Assembly (NCBI GenBank): GCA_049840735.1
Contig: JASGJN010000017.1
Span: forward strand, 320,001 to 384,000
Source of the DNA: Anaeromyxobacter sp.
GTDB taxonomy: Bacteria > Myxococcota > Myxococcia > Myxococcales > Anaeromyxobacteraceae
Length of the DNA stretch: 64,000 nucleotides
Reading direction: 5' to 3'
Shown here: in pieces, positions 1 to 9,203 of the stretch
Position numbering within the stretch: position 1 is the first letter of the stretch
Layout of the letters: every line of letters begins with the position of its first letter
Notes under the pieces: generated by a model
Database searches by the model: none
What the model was told of the DNA's origin: nothing
The model's input: only the letters and a program-made list of their open reading frames with translations
Made by a program: the position numbers and the translations under genes

Positions 1-55
1 CCGCACTCGCACGCCCCGGCAGCAGCGCCGACGTGAGCTGGATCCAGAGGCTCAT
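1..55 (-). CDS. 5' end of the next operon gene (MSLWIQLTSALLPGRASA...), runs off the window; product unknown
   Basis: ATG at 55-53 overlaps the fliJ stop (ATGA), the same coupling seen throughout the operon. Confidence 0.5.
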   Translation of the reverse strand, partial: MSLWIQLTSALLPGRASA

Positions 56-543
56 CCCTGCCGCTCCCCGGGCCCTGCGCCCCGGCCCCCGCGCGAAGCG
101 TGCCGGCGCGAGAGCCACTCCTGGTCGTTCTCCCGGGCGCTGCGCGCCAGCGCGTCGCGCACGAACTCCGCCTGCCGCTCGTCCCGGTGCTTCTCGATCA
201 CGTCCACCCGCTGCTGATGCTCCAGGACCGAGCGGAGGACCTGGGTGCGCTCTGCCTCCAGCTCCGCCACGGTCACCGAGGCGCCGGCGATGCCGTCGCG
301 CAGCTGCGCGAGCCAGCGGAGGCAGGTGGCGTAGGCCCCAGGATCCACCTTGGCCTGGAGGGCGCGCGCCGCGCAGCGGCCCTGCTCCTCGTGCTGCGCG
401 CGCAGCTCCTCCACCCGCCGGACGGCCTGCTCCAGCGCGCGCTGGACCCTCCCCAGCTCCGCCTGGACGGCCTCGAGCTGCCACTGCCGCTGCTTGCGCA
501 CCGGCTCCAGCTCGTACTCGAACCCCCGCAGGTCCACGGTCAT
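52..543 (-). CDS. fliJ: FliJ-like flagellar/T3SS export stalk protein
   Basis: 163 aa coiled coil starting with F-x-Y-x-L-x-x-V-x-x-x-R; lies directly after fliI. Confidence 0.7.
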   Translation of the reverse strand: MTVDLRGFEYELEPVRKQRQWQLEAVQAELGRVQRALEQAVRRVEELRAQHEEQGRCAARALQAKVDPGAYATCLRWLAQLRDGIAGASVTVAELEAERTQVLRSVLEHQQRVDVIEKHRDERQAEFVRDALARSARENDQEWLSRRHASRGGRGAGPGERQG

Positions 544-2096
544 CGGCCGCTCCTGGGCTGGGCCGGCGGGCCGGGCGGACGGGCCGGCGCAGCGGCGCCG
601 GCGCGCTGCGGCGTGGGCGCGGCAGGCGCCGCTGGCCGCCGGGCGTTGCCGCCGTAGTCCGCCCGCTGCGGCGCCGCCGGCTGCGCCGCCTGCTGGCTCG
701 CGTGCTGGGCCTTGAGCTGCAGCACCTCGGCCAGCCCCTTCAGCGCGTCAGCCCGGCGGACCCCACCCTCCGACTGCCGCAGCCAGGCCTGCAGCCGCGC
801 CTGGCAGGCCAGGGCGGCGTCCAGCTCCGGGTTGGTCCCGGCCTCGTAGGCGCCCAGCTCCACCATCTGGCGGCTGCGCTCGAGCAGCGCCAGCAGCTTC
901 ACCGCCTCGGTCACCAGCAGCCGCTCCAGGTCGCTGGTGAGATCCGGGAGCAGGCGGCTCGCCGACTTGAGCAGGTCGATGGCCGGGTACAACCCCTGGT
1001 GCGCGATCGATCGGGAGAGGACGATGTGCCCGTCCAGGATGGCCCTGAGCGCGTCGGAGACCGGCTCGTTCAGGTCGTCTCCCTCGACCAGCACCGTGAG
1101 CAGCGCGGTGATGGAGCCGCCCGAGGCGGCCGTGCCGCACCGCTCGCACAGCTCCGGCAGCTCGGCGAAGACCGAGGGCGTGTAGCCGCGGGCGGTGGGC
1201 GGCTCGCCGGCGGAGAGCCCCACCTCGCGGCGCGCCATGGCGAAGCGGGTGATGGAGTCCATCATCAGCAGGACGTGCTTGCCCTCCTCGCGGAAGTGCT
1301 CGGCGATGGAGAGCGCGGCGTGGGCGGCGCGGATGCGGGCCAGCGCCGGCTGGTCCGCGGTGGCCACCACCACCACCGAGCGCCGGAGCCCCTCGGCCCC
1401 CAGGTGCTTCTCGATGAACTCCCGGACCTCGCGCCCGCGTTCGCCGATGAGCGCGATGACGTTCACGTCGGCCCGCACGTGGCGGGCGATCATCCCGAGC
1501 AGCGTGCTCTTGCCCACGCCGCTGCCGGCGAAGATGCCGGTGCGCTGCCCCTGCCCCAGCGTGAGCAGCGAGTCGATGGTCCGGATGCCGGTCTCCAGCA
1601 CGTGCTGGATGCGGGGCCGGGTCATCGGGTTGATGGGCGAGCCGCGCAGCGGCCGGGTTCGCGCGGGGCGCGGCGCCGCCAGGGCGTCGAGCGGCCGCCC
1701 GAAGCCGTCCACCACGCGGCCGATCAGCTCCTGCCCCACCCCGATGTCAGAGGCGTCGCCCAGCGCCAGGACCGTGCTGCCCACCGCCAGCCCCTTGGCC
1801 GTCCCGTAGGGCATGAGCGTCACCACGCCCGGCTGGACGCCCACCACCTCGGCCAGCACCGCCGGCGAGCAGGCGTCCTCGCCAGAGGCGATGGCCCCCC
1901 CGATCAGCCGCGCCACCAGGCCGTCCGAGTCGGCCACCGCATCCACGCCCGGCGGGACGACGGCGCAGAGCTCACCGACGCGGCTGCGCGGCCCCTCGGC
2001 CTCGATGGCCAGGCCGTGCAGCTTGCGCACGACGCCCACGCGCCGGTCGAGCTCGGTGCGCCGGATCGCGCCCGTGAGCCTGGCCAGGCGGCTCAT
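540..2096 (-). CDS. fliI: FliI/SctN export ATPase
   Basis: Walker A GIFAGSGVGKSTL, ALIGERGREVREF, Walker B LLMMDSITRFAMA, GEPPTARGY. Start MSRLARL at 2096 overlaps the fliH stop. Pro/Ala-rich C tail. Confidence 0.95.
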   Translation of the reverse strand: MSRLARLTGAIRRTELDRRVGVVRKLHGLAIEAEGPRSRVGELCAVVPPGVDAVADSDGLVARLIGGAIASGEDACSPAVLAEVVGVQPGVVTLMPYGTAKGLAVGSTVLALGDASDIGVGQELIGRVVDGFGRPLDALAAPRPARTRPLRGSPINPMTRPRIQHVLETGIRTIDSLLTLGQGQRTGIFAGSGVGKSTLLGMIARHVRADVNVIALIGERGREVREFIEKHLGAEGLRRSVVVVATADQPALARIRAAHAALSIAEHFREEGKHVLLMMDSITRFAMARREVGLSAGEPPTARGYTPSVFAELPELCERCGTAASGGSITALLTVLVEGDDLNEPVSDALRAILDGHIVLSRSIAHQGLYPAIDLLKSASRLLPDLTSDLERLLVTEAVKLLALLERSRQMVELGAYEAGTNPELDAALACQARLQAWLRQSEGGVRRADALKGLAEVLQLKAQHASQQAAQPAAPQRADYGGNARRPAAPAAPTPQRAGAAAPARPPGPPAQPRSGR

Positions 2097-3100
2097 CGGA
2101 AGAAGTCCTCCGTGTCGAACGGGACCGGCCTGGGGAGGGGCTCGGGCGGCGGCGCCGCCGCCGCCGGCCCGGCGATGACCGGGCGCGCCGCTGCTGGGGG
2201 CGCCACCTCGACCGCGGCCTCGCCGGTCGCCACCCCGTGCGCGGACTGCAGCGCCCGGGTCAGCGCCCGCAGCTGCGTCTCGAGCCTGGCGTCGAGCGTC
2301 CCCTCGGTGGTGCGGACCACGCACCCGCCCGCCTCGAGCCGCTCGTCCGCGACCAGCGCCACCGACTCGGCGCTCCCCGCCCGGTGACGGTCGATCCACT
2401 CGACGAGCTGCGCGTCGCCCTCCAGCAGCGCGCGGTCAACCGGGTGCAGGTGGATTGACAGGAGCGGCCCCCCGCTGCCGGCACCCGCCCGGCCGGTGGC
2501 CTCGTGCACGGCACGGCGCACCGCGGCCTCGACGCCCGCGCGCGTGACCAGCTGCTCCCCCACCAGCTTCGCGACGGCGGAGTGGCAGAGCGCCACCATC
2601 TCGTCCTCCGCCGCCTCGAGCCGCGCCATGAACGCCTGCTGGGCGCCAGCCAGGACGCGGTCGAGCAGCTGCAGCCGGCGCACGACCTCCTCGCGCCCTG
2701 CCCGCGCCTCCTGGTCCACCGTCCGCTGGGCCGCGCTCCGCCCCTCCGCCGACCCCTGCGCCCGCCCCTCCTCCAGGCCGCGGGCGAACCCCGCCTCCGC
2801 CGCCCGCTGCTCCGCCTGCTGCTGCTGCGACTCGCCCTGGTGGCGCGCGGCCCGCACGCCCTCCTCGTAGGCCGCGCGCAGCTCGGCCTCGCGGGTCCTG
2901 GCAGGCTCCTGCGCCGGCGCCTGCGGCACCGGCGCCGTCGGCGCCTCCGTCGCGGCGGGCGCGGCGTGGCGTGCGCGCGCGGCCCCCGGCCGCCGCAGCG
3001 AACGGGGCTGCTCAGCCAGCGTCACCTCCCGGAGCACGGCGCCGCCGGCGGCGGGCGCCGTCGGCCCCTGCGCAGGGCCTGGCGGCGGACGGCGCGTCAT
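2093..3100 (-). CDS. fliH: FliH/SctL ATPase regulator
   Basis: AxxxGxxxG repeats (AYEEG, GFARGLEEGRAQG) and C-terminal LEAGGCVVRTTEGTLDARLETQL; ATG at 3100 with GGAGG upstream. Confidence 0.9.
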   Translation of the reverse strand: MTRRPPPGPAQGPTAPAAGGAVLREVTLAEQPRSLRRPGAARARHAAPAATEAPTAPVPQAPAQEPARTREAELRAAYEEGVRAARHQGESQQQQAEQRAAEAGFARGLEEGRAQGSAEGRSAAQRTVDQEARAGREEVVRRLQLLDRVLAGAQQAFMARLEAAEDEMVALCHSAVAKLVGEQLVTRAGVEAAVRRAVHEATGRAGAGSGGPLLSIHLHPVDRALLEGDAQLVEWIDRHRAGSAESVALVADERLEAGGCVVRTTEGTLDARLETQLRALTRALQSAHGVATGEAAVEVAPPAAARPVIAGPAAAAPPPEPLPRPVPFDTEDFFR

Positions 3101-3705
3101 CGCCTCCCTCCGCGCCACAGCCCCCAGCGCGCCAGCCACCCGCGCTTCGTGCGCACGGGCTCAGCGGTGGTCACGACCTCCTCTAGCCTCGAGAGCAGGG
3201 CCTCCACCAGCGCCGCCTCGAGCGCCGGCGCCCGCCGGACCGGGGAGGCCGAGCCCAGCAGGTCGACCGTCAGCTGCTCCGAGCCCTCGAGGCGGCGGAG
3301 CACCTCCTCCTTCCACCGCCACGCGCGGATGCCGAGCACCCGCACCCGCAGGCCCGCGGGCTCGGACTCCAGCAGCTCCGCCAGCAGCCGGGGGTGCGCC
3401 GCCCCCAGGGCGTCGAGCCGGTCCTCCGGCAGCTCGGCCGCGGTCGGGACGGGCTGCTCCGGCTGGAGCGAAGGCGCCGGTGCCGATCCGGCCAGCGCCT
3501 CCTCCACGAACCGGGCCTCGGCGGGGATGCCGAGCTGCGCCAGCTCGCCGAGCAGCGTCTCCACGCCGCGCCGCTCCGACTCGGAGAGGCGCTCCAGGAT
3601 CCACCCGCGATCGTCCGGAGCGAGCGCGTGCAGGGTCAGGGCAGCCTGGCGAAGCCCTGGCGCGGGCTCCGCGGTGGTGGGGCCGAGCTGCTCGACGGGC
3701 CTCAT
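3097..3705 (-). CDS. Short, divergent protein at the fliG position (FliG N-terminal-like)
   Basis: Sits between fliF and fliH. LRQAALTLHALAPDD resembles the FliG-N KAAILLL-LG motif. Only ~202 aa. Confidence 0.5.
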   Translation of the reverse strand: MRPVEQLGPTTAEPAPGLRQAALTLHALAPDDRGWILERLSESERRGVETLLGELAQLGIPAEARFVEEALAGSAPAPSLQPEQPVPTAAELPEDRLDALGAAHPRLLAELLESEPAGLRVRVLGIRAWRWKEEVLRRLEGSEQLTVDLLGSASPVRRAPALEAALVEALLSRLEEVVTTAEPVRTKRGWLARWGLWRGGRR

Positions 3706-5168
3706 CGCCACTCCCCCTGGGCGCGGCTGTTGGTCCCGCGCATCCAGGCCCTGACCTGCTCCAGGGCTGCCTGGCGCTCCAGGTCGGTGAGCGGCTTGCG
3801 CGCCCGGCCCTGGCCGTCGCCGCGCCGCCCCGCCATCCGCCAGGCGAGCGCGATCAGGGCCAGGAGCCCCGCGACCCCGGCGGCCACTGCGAGCGGCCCG
3901 ACCGGCACCTCGCGCACCGTCGCGGTGGCCTCCGTCGCTGCCTTGGCCGGGGGCTCACCCCAGGAGGCCGCGACCGGCACCTCCGGCTTGGGCTGCAGCG
4001 GTCCGCTCAGCGCGTCGATCGACTGCACGACCACCGTGTCGCCGCGCTCCAGGTTGGCCCCGATGCTGGCCGCCACCACGCGCCGGAGCTGCTCCTCGCG
4101 CTGGGGGTCCAGCGGCACCTTCACCACGGCCACGGCCTGGATGCGCCGGATGGTGCCGGGCTGGCTGATGACCTGCTCCACGCGCCGTCCCACCGCGTAC
4201 TCCACTTCGCGCTGCGAGCTCCCTGCGCTCGGCGCCTCGCCGCTCGCCGCCGCCTGCACCGGCCCCCCCACGTCCCGGAGCGTCGCGCGCTCGTGCACCA
4301 CCACGCCCGTCGGGTTCCGGCCCTGGGCGCCGGGGGGCGCCATGACGTCCTCGGTCGTGGTCTGCACCCGGTCCATGTCGAGCGTGACGTCCACCGTGGC
4401 GAGCGCCTGCCCGGCGCCCAGCGTGCGGTCGAGGATCTCCGCCACCTTGCGGGCCAGGTAGGACTCGGTGTCCTTCTTGAGATCGAGCCGCCCGCCCCCG
4501 CCCTCCGCCGCGCCCTCCCCGGCGCTGCGGGTGAGCGCGACCCCGCTCTGGTCCACGATGGTCACGTCCTGGGTGGCGATGCCCGGGACGGCCGCCGAGA
4601 CCAGCCGCTGGATCCCGGCCACCTGCGCCGGCGCCAGCGCGCGGCCCTGCTTGAGCGTGAGGGTGATGGAGGCCGTGGACTTCTGGTGGGACGCCTTGAA
4701 GAGCCCCTGCTCCGGGAGGGCCAGGAGCACCCGGGCCTCGCGGACCTCGGACAGGGACAGGATGGTGCGGGTGAGCTCACCCTGCAGCGCCCGCTGGTAG
4801 TTGATGCGCTGCGCGAACTCGGTCATGCCGAAGTCGCTGTTGTTGAAGAGCTCGAAGCCGACCGCGCCGTGGAGCGGGAGGTCGCGCCCCATCAGCTTGA
4901 GGCGCGTGTTGTAGACGTCCTTCCGGTCCACCAGGAGCGCGGTCGCCCCCTCCTCGCCCGACGCCTCCACCTTGAACGGGACCTTGAGCCGCTCCAGCTC
5001 CTCGCTCATGGCCGCCGCGTCCTGCGCCGAGAGGTCGGCGAAGAGGATCTGGTAGTCGGTGCGCATGAGCCAGTAGCCGAGGACCGCGGTCATCGCGCAG
5101 ATGACCACCACGCCCCCGACCAGCCCGATGCGGGCCGCTCGCCCCAGCCGTCTCCAGAACTCCATCAT
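3702..5168 (-). CDS. fliF: FliF MS-ring protein
   Basis: N-terminal TM, GFELF..SDFGMTEF..RINYQRALQGELTRTI, ARVLLALPEQGLF, second TM, C-terminal VRAWM. Confidence 0.95.
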   Translation of the reverse strand: MMEFWRRLGRAARIGLVGGVVVICAMTAVLGYWLMRTDYQILFADLSAQDAAAMSEELERLKVPFKVEASGEEGATALLVDRKDVYNTRLKLMGRDLPLHGAVGFELFNNSDFGMTEFAQRINYQRALQGELTRTILSLSEVREARVLLALPEQGLFKASHQKSTASITLTLKQGRALAPAQVAGIQRLVSAAVPGIATQDVTIVDQSGVALTRSAGEGAAEGGGGRLDLKKDTESYLARKVAEILDRTLGAGQALATVDVTLDMDRVQTTTEDVMAPPGAQGRNPTGVVVHERATLRDVGGPVQAAASGEAPSAGSSQREVEYAVGRRVEQVISQPGTIRRIQAVAVVKVPLDPQREEQLRRVVAASIGANLERGDTVVVQSIDALSGPLQPKPEVPVAASWGEPPAKAATEATATVREVPVGPLAVAAGVAGLLALIALAWRMAGRRGDGQGRARKPLTDLERQAALEQVRAWMRGTNSRAQGEWR

Positions 5169-5249
5169 CTCCGCGACCTCTCCGCCGGCGTCCCTGCCGG
5201 CCGCTCACGTCCGCTGCCCTGCACCTCGACGAGCTCTTGCCGCGCCCGA

Positions 5250-5585
5250 TCAGACCTGCATCTTCATCAGGTCCTGGTACGCCTCGAGCAGGCGGTTCCG
5301 GACCTGCATCACCAGCTGGAAGGAGAGCCGGCTCTCCTCCATCCGGATCATCACCTGGTGCAGGTTCTGGACGTCCCCGACCGCCAGCCGCTGCATGTCG
5401 GCCTGCGAGGCCATGAGCTGCGTGTTCACCTTGTCGAGCCCCTGGGCCACCAGCTCGCCGAAGCTGGCGCCGCGGGCGGCCTCCGGCGCGACCACGCCGC
5501 CGTGGAGTCCGTTGTCGGTCGAGGCGGCCGCCTGCGCGGACGCGCCCTGCACCGCCGTCAGCCCCTGGATCGCGTCCCAGTTCAC
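5250..5585 (-). CDS. fliE: FliE basal body protein
   Basis: LHQVMIRMEESRLSFQLVMQVRNRLLEAYQDLMKMQV is the FliE signature C-terminus. Confidence 0.95.
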   Translation of the reverse strand: MNWDAIQGLTAVQGASAQAAASTDNGLHGGVVAPEAARGASFGELVAQGLDKVNTQLMASQADMQRLAVGDVQNLHQVMIRMEESRLSFQLVMQVRNRLLEAYQDLMKMQV

Positions 5586-6040
5586 TGGCCGCTCCCGATC
5601 TCCAGCGTGCGGAGCGCCAGCGTGCGGGCGGTGTTCATCGCCGCCAGGTTGGCCTCGTACGAGCGCAGCGCGCTCGACAGCTCGATCATCTCGGTGGCGC
5701 TGTCGACGCCGGGGTAGCTGATGAAGCCCTGGGCGTCGGCCAGCGGGTGGCCCGGCTCGTACACCCGGCGCGGCGCGGCGCCGGTCGTCTCCACGATCGC
5801 CTCCGGCACGCCCAGCGCCTGGGCCGAACGGTCCAGCCCGGTCTCGACCTGATCGGCGAAGGAGGGGGCGGCGGCGCCCAGGTGCGCGGTGCGGGCCAGC
5901 ACCCGGACAGGCTGGTAGGCGGCGCCGTCGGCGCCCTGCACGGTGTTGGCGTTGGCCAGGTTGGAGGCCGCAGCCTCCACCCGCGCGCGCTCCACCGACA
6001 TGCCGGCGGCGCTGATGGCGAAGGTCTTCGAGAAGTCCAT
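5582..6040 (-). CDS. flgC: FlgC proximal rod protein (alternative GTG start at 6079)
   Basis: ISAAGMSVER..NLANANT, YEPGHPLADAQGF..YPGVD, RSYEAN. Confidence 0.95.
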   Translation of the reverse strand: MDFSKTFAISAAGMSVERARVEAAASNLANANTVQGADGAAYQPVRVLARTAHLGAAAPSFADQVETGLDRSAQALGVPEAIVETTGAAPRRVYEPGHPLADAQGFISYPGVDSATEMIELSSALRSYEANLAAMNTARTLALRTLEIGSGQ

Positions 6041-6075
6041 CGACGTGTCTCCCTGTCCGTTCGCGCCCGAGGGCG

Positions 6076-6459
6076 TCACTTCTTCCCGTCGCTGACGGCC
6101 GCCGAGAGCACCGCCAGGTGCTTCGACATCGCCTTCAGCAGCGCCTGGTACTGGGTGGCGTTCTGGGCCATGCCCGCGACCTCCAGGTCCAGCTGCACCT
6201 TGGCCGGCACACCGCCGGCGGTGGAGACCGGCACCAGCCGGGCCTCCACGCCCTCCAGCGAAGTGGCGTCCAGGTAGCCCTGGGCCCCCAGCGCCGACCG
6301 GGCGTCCTCGAGCTGTCCCTCGAAGCTGACCGTGACGGGCACGTAGCCCTCCACGCTGGCGTTCGCGATGTTGGCGGCTGCCGCCTGCTGCCGGAGCGCC
6401 GCCGCGTCGAGCGCCTTGCCCAGCGCGGCCATGGTGATCGCCTCGATTCCCTCGGTCAC
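6076..6459 (-). CDS. flgB: FlgB proximal rod protein
   Basis: ALDAAALRQQAAAANIANA..GY.P..VSFE; V.LD.E...MAQNATQY. Confidence 0.9.
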   Translation of the reverse strand: MTEGIEAITMAALGKALDAAALRQQAAAANIANASVEGYVPVTVSFEGQLEDARSALGAQGYLDATSLEGVEARLVPVSTAGGVPAKVQLDLEVAGMAQNATQYQALLKAMSKHLAVLSAAVSDGKK

Positions 6460-6469
6460 GGCGCCTCCT

Positions 6470-7606
6470 CTACTGGATGACCAGCTCGGCGCGGAGCGCG
6501 CCGGCCGTCTTGATGGCCTGCAGGATGGAGATGATGTCGCGCGAGTTGGTCTTGAGCCGGGCCAGCGACTGCACCAGGTCCGCCACCGTGTTGTTGTCCG
6601 AGGTGGTGACCACGCCCGTGTCCTTGCCCTCGTGCACGTTCACGTAGGTGTTGGTCACGATCTCGGTCCGGACGCCCGGCCCGCTGCGCCAGGCGATGCC
6701 GGGCTGCGAGGCGTAGTTCTCCTCGACGATGGAGACCTTCAGGTCGCCGTGGGTGATGGCCACCGGCGAGATCCGGACGTCCCCGCCGGCCACCACCGTC
6801 CCGGTCCGCTCGTTCACCACCACGCGCGCGCGGCGGTCCGGATCGACGGTGACCGCCTCCAGCCGGGCCACGAACCGGACCAGCTGCGGCTGGTCGTCCG
6901 GGACCTTGATCGACACGGCCGACGCGTCGGTGGCCTCGGCGAAGGTCCCGCCCAGCTCGCTGTTGAGGGCCGCGGCGATCCGGTCGGCGGTGGTGTAGTC
7001 AGGATCCGCCAGCAGGAAGGTGATGTGCCGGTCCTCGCTCATCACCTGGGCGCTGACCCCGACCTCCACCGTGGCGCCGCCCGGCACGGAGCCCACCGTG
7101 GGGTGGTTCTTCTGCACCACGTTCCCGTTGGCGTCGTAGCGGTAGCCGCCCACCGAGAGCGGCCCCTGGGCCAGGGCGTGCACCACGCCGTCGGGCCCCT
7201 TGAGCGGGGTGAGGAGCAGGCTGCCGCCCAGCAGGCTCCGGGCGTCGCCGGCCGAGGTGACGGTCACGTCCAGCGTGTCGCCCTCGCGGGAGAAGGGCGG
7301 CAGCGAGGCGGACACCATCACCACGGCCACGTTCCGGCTCTGGATCTGGTCGGCGGGGACGGTGAGGTTGAACTGCGAGAGCACGTTGGAGAGCGTCTGG
7401 CGCGTGGTCCGGTTGTTGGGCGAGTCCCCGGTGCCGGCCAGGCCGGTCACGATGCCGTACCCGACCAGCGCGTTCTCGCGCCAGCCGCGCAGCTTCCCCA
7501 GGTCCTTCACCCGCACGGCCTCGGCGCCGCGCGCCGTCGGCGCAGCGAGCACGCCGGCCAGCAGCGCGGCGCAGAGGAGGATCGATCGACGGAGGTCGGT
7601 GCGCAT
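6470..7606 (-). CDS. flgI: FlgI P-ring protein
   Basis: RVKDL..LRGWRENALVGYGIVTGLAGTGD, NVAVVMVSASLPPF, VVVNERTGTVV, ILQAIKTAGALRAEL. Confidence 0.95.
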   Translation of the reverse strand: MRTDLRRSILLCAALLAGVLAAPTARGAEAVRVKDLGKLRGWRENALVGYGIVTGLAGTGDSPNNRTTRQTLSNVLSQFNLTVPADQIQSRNVAVVMVSASLPPFSREGDTLDVTVTSAGDARSLLGGSLLLTPLKGPDGVVHALAQGPLSVGGYRYDANGNVVQKNHPTVGSVPGGATVEVGVSAQVMSEDRHITFLLADPDYTTADRIAAALNSELGGTFAEATDASAVSIKVPDDQPQLVRFVARLEAVTVDPDRRARVVVNERTGTVVAGGDVRISPVAITHGDLKVSIVEENYASQPGIAWRSGPGVRTEIVTNTYVNVHEGKDTGVVTTSDNNTVADLVQSLARLKTNSRDIISILQAIKTAGALRAELVIQ

Positions 7607-8187
7607 CACAGCCCCAGGGCGTCCAGCAGCTGGCGCCACCAGCCGCGCTTGTTGCGCTCGGCCACGTCGCCCGCGCCGGTGTAGCTGATGCGGGCGTCGG
7701 CGAGCCGGGTCGAGAGCACGATGTTCCCGGCGGTCACGTCCTGCGGCCGGACCCGCCCCTCCAGCTTGACGTGCTGCGCCTCGCCGTTGACGGTCAGCGA
7801 CTGCTCGCCGCCGAGCCTGAGCTCGCCGTTCGGCAGCACCTCCTGCACCGTGACGGTGAGCGCGGCCAGGACGCGGTTGGCGCGCTGCGTGCTCCCGCCG
7901 CCGTCGAAGGTCCCGCGGACGTTGACCGAGCCGCCGTAGGCCTTGCGCGTGTCGTTGGCGGCGAGCCCCAGCGAGGCGTCGATGCCGTTGTTGCGCTGCG
8001 TGGAGGTCTCGGCGCTGGTGGCCGCCGAGGAGTTCTCGATGACCTGGACGGTGATGGCGTCCCCGACCTGGAAGGCCTTGGCATCGCCCGCCAGCGACCG
8101 GTAGGCCGTCCCCGGGTACAGGCTGTCGGCGCGCGCGACGCCCCCTGCCCCGGCCACCGCCAGCAGCAGCGCTGCGACCACTCTCAT
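7606..8187 (-). CDS. flgH: FlgH L-ring protein without a lipobox cysteine
   Basis: D.KAFQVGDAITVQV.E, V.EVLPNG.L...GE, G.VRPQD, STRLADARISY.G.G. Start MRVVAALLL at 8187 overlaps the flgA stop. Confidence 0.9.
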   Translation of the reverse strand: MRVVAALLLAVAGAGGVARADSLYPGTAYRSLAGDAKAFQVGDAITVQVIENSSAATSAETSTQRNNGIDASLGLAANDTRKAYGGSVNVRGTFDGGGSTQRANRVLAALTVTVQEVLPNGELRLGGEQSLTVNGEAQHVKLEGRVRPQDVTAGNIVLSTRLADARISYTGAGDVAERNKRGWWRQLLDALGL

Positions 8188-9203
8188 GGCTCCACCTCCA
8201 CCGCCCCCGGACCGGTGACCCGGGCCAGGAGGGCAGCCTTCGAAGACGGCAGCTTCACGCGGACGGACTGGCCGACGTGCCCGTCCTCCAGGACCTCGAC
8301 CTGCCCTTCCAGCGCGACGCGCCCCTGCACCGACCGGAGCGTGGCCAGGCTGCCGCGCGCCACGTCCGGCGCCGGCTCGACCTGGGCGCGCGTGAGCGGG
8401 GCCCCGGGGGCCACCGGCGCCTTCACCCGGACCGGCCGGACCACGTCCCGGTCGACCGGCAGGACGTCCAACCCGGTCCACCGCGTCTCCTTGACCTCGA
8501 GCTCCCCCGGCTCCAGCCGCTCCCCGGGCGCAGCCCGGCGGGCGATCACGTAGGCGGGCCCGTAGACGGTCAGGTCGAAGCGGACCGGCGCGAGGCGGAC
8601 GAAGGTGCCGGCCGACCAGACCTCGACCCAGACCGTGGGGCGGCGCGACCGGAGCTCCGCCTCGCCGATGGCCCGCGGGTTGAGCTCGAGCGGCCCGGCC
8701 GGCGCCACCAGGTCGCGTGGCGCCTGCGCCTCCTGGATCTCCGCCCGGAGCCCCGCACGCTGCGCCGCGGCCACCAGCGCGCCCCGGGCCACCTCGGCCA
8801 CCGCCGGCCCCGGCACCTGCTGGCTGGCCAGCGACACCTTCGCCACCGCGGCCCCGGCCCACTCCATCTCGTCGGGGCGGACGCCCCCGCGCACCGCCAC
8901 CCAGCGGCCCAGGTGATCCCGATCCACCCGGACCGGGACGCCGGCGCGGACCAGCGCGCCCAGCGGCAGCGCGGCGAGCCGCTCCAGCAGCGGGAGCTCG
9001 CGGGTGGTGATCACCGCCACGTCCCCCAGCGTCAGCGCGCGGTGGTTCACCTCGACCTCCGGGCGCAGCTCGATGCGGACGCGCGCAGCCCCGGCCGCGA
9101 CCGACGGCTGGGCCGCAGCGGCGACGCAGGGCAGCGCGGCCAGCGCCCCGGCGAGCAGGCCGGAGCGCAGGCGCGCCGCGAGGTGGCGCAGCGGTCGGCT
9201 CAC
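8184..9203 (-). CDS. flgA: FlgA P-ring assembly chaperone
   Basis: Signal peptide, TLGDVA motif, C-terminal EDGHVGQSVRV..ARVTGPG.V; located between flgG and flgH. Confidence 0.85.
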   Translation of the reverse strand: MSRPLRHLAARLRSGLLAGALAALPCVAAAAQPSVAAGAARVRIELRPEVEVNHRALTLGDVAVITTRELPLLERLAALPLGALVRAGVPVRVDRDHLGRWVAVRGGVRPDEMEWAGAAVAKVSLASQQVPGPAVAEVARGALVAAAQRAGLRAEIQEAQAPRDLVAPAGPLELNPRAIGEAELRSRRPTVWVEVWSAGTFVRLAPVRFDLTVYGPAYVIARRAAPGERLEPGELEVKETRWTGLDVLPVDRDVVRPVRVKAPVAPGAPLTRAQVEPAPDVARGSLATLRSVQGRVALEGQVEVLEDGHVGQSVRVKLPSSKAALLARVTGPGAVEVEP

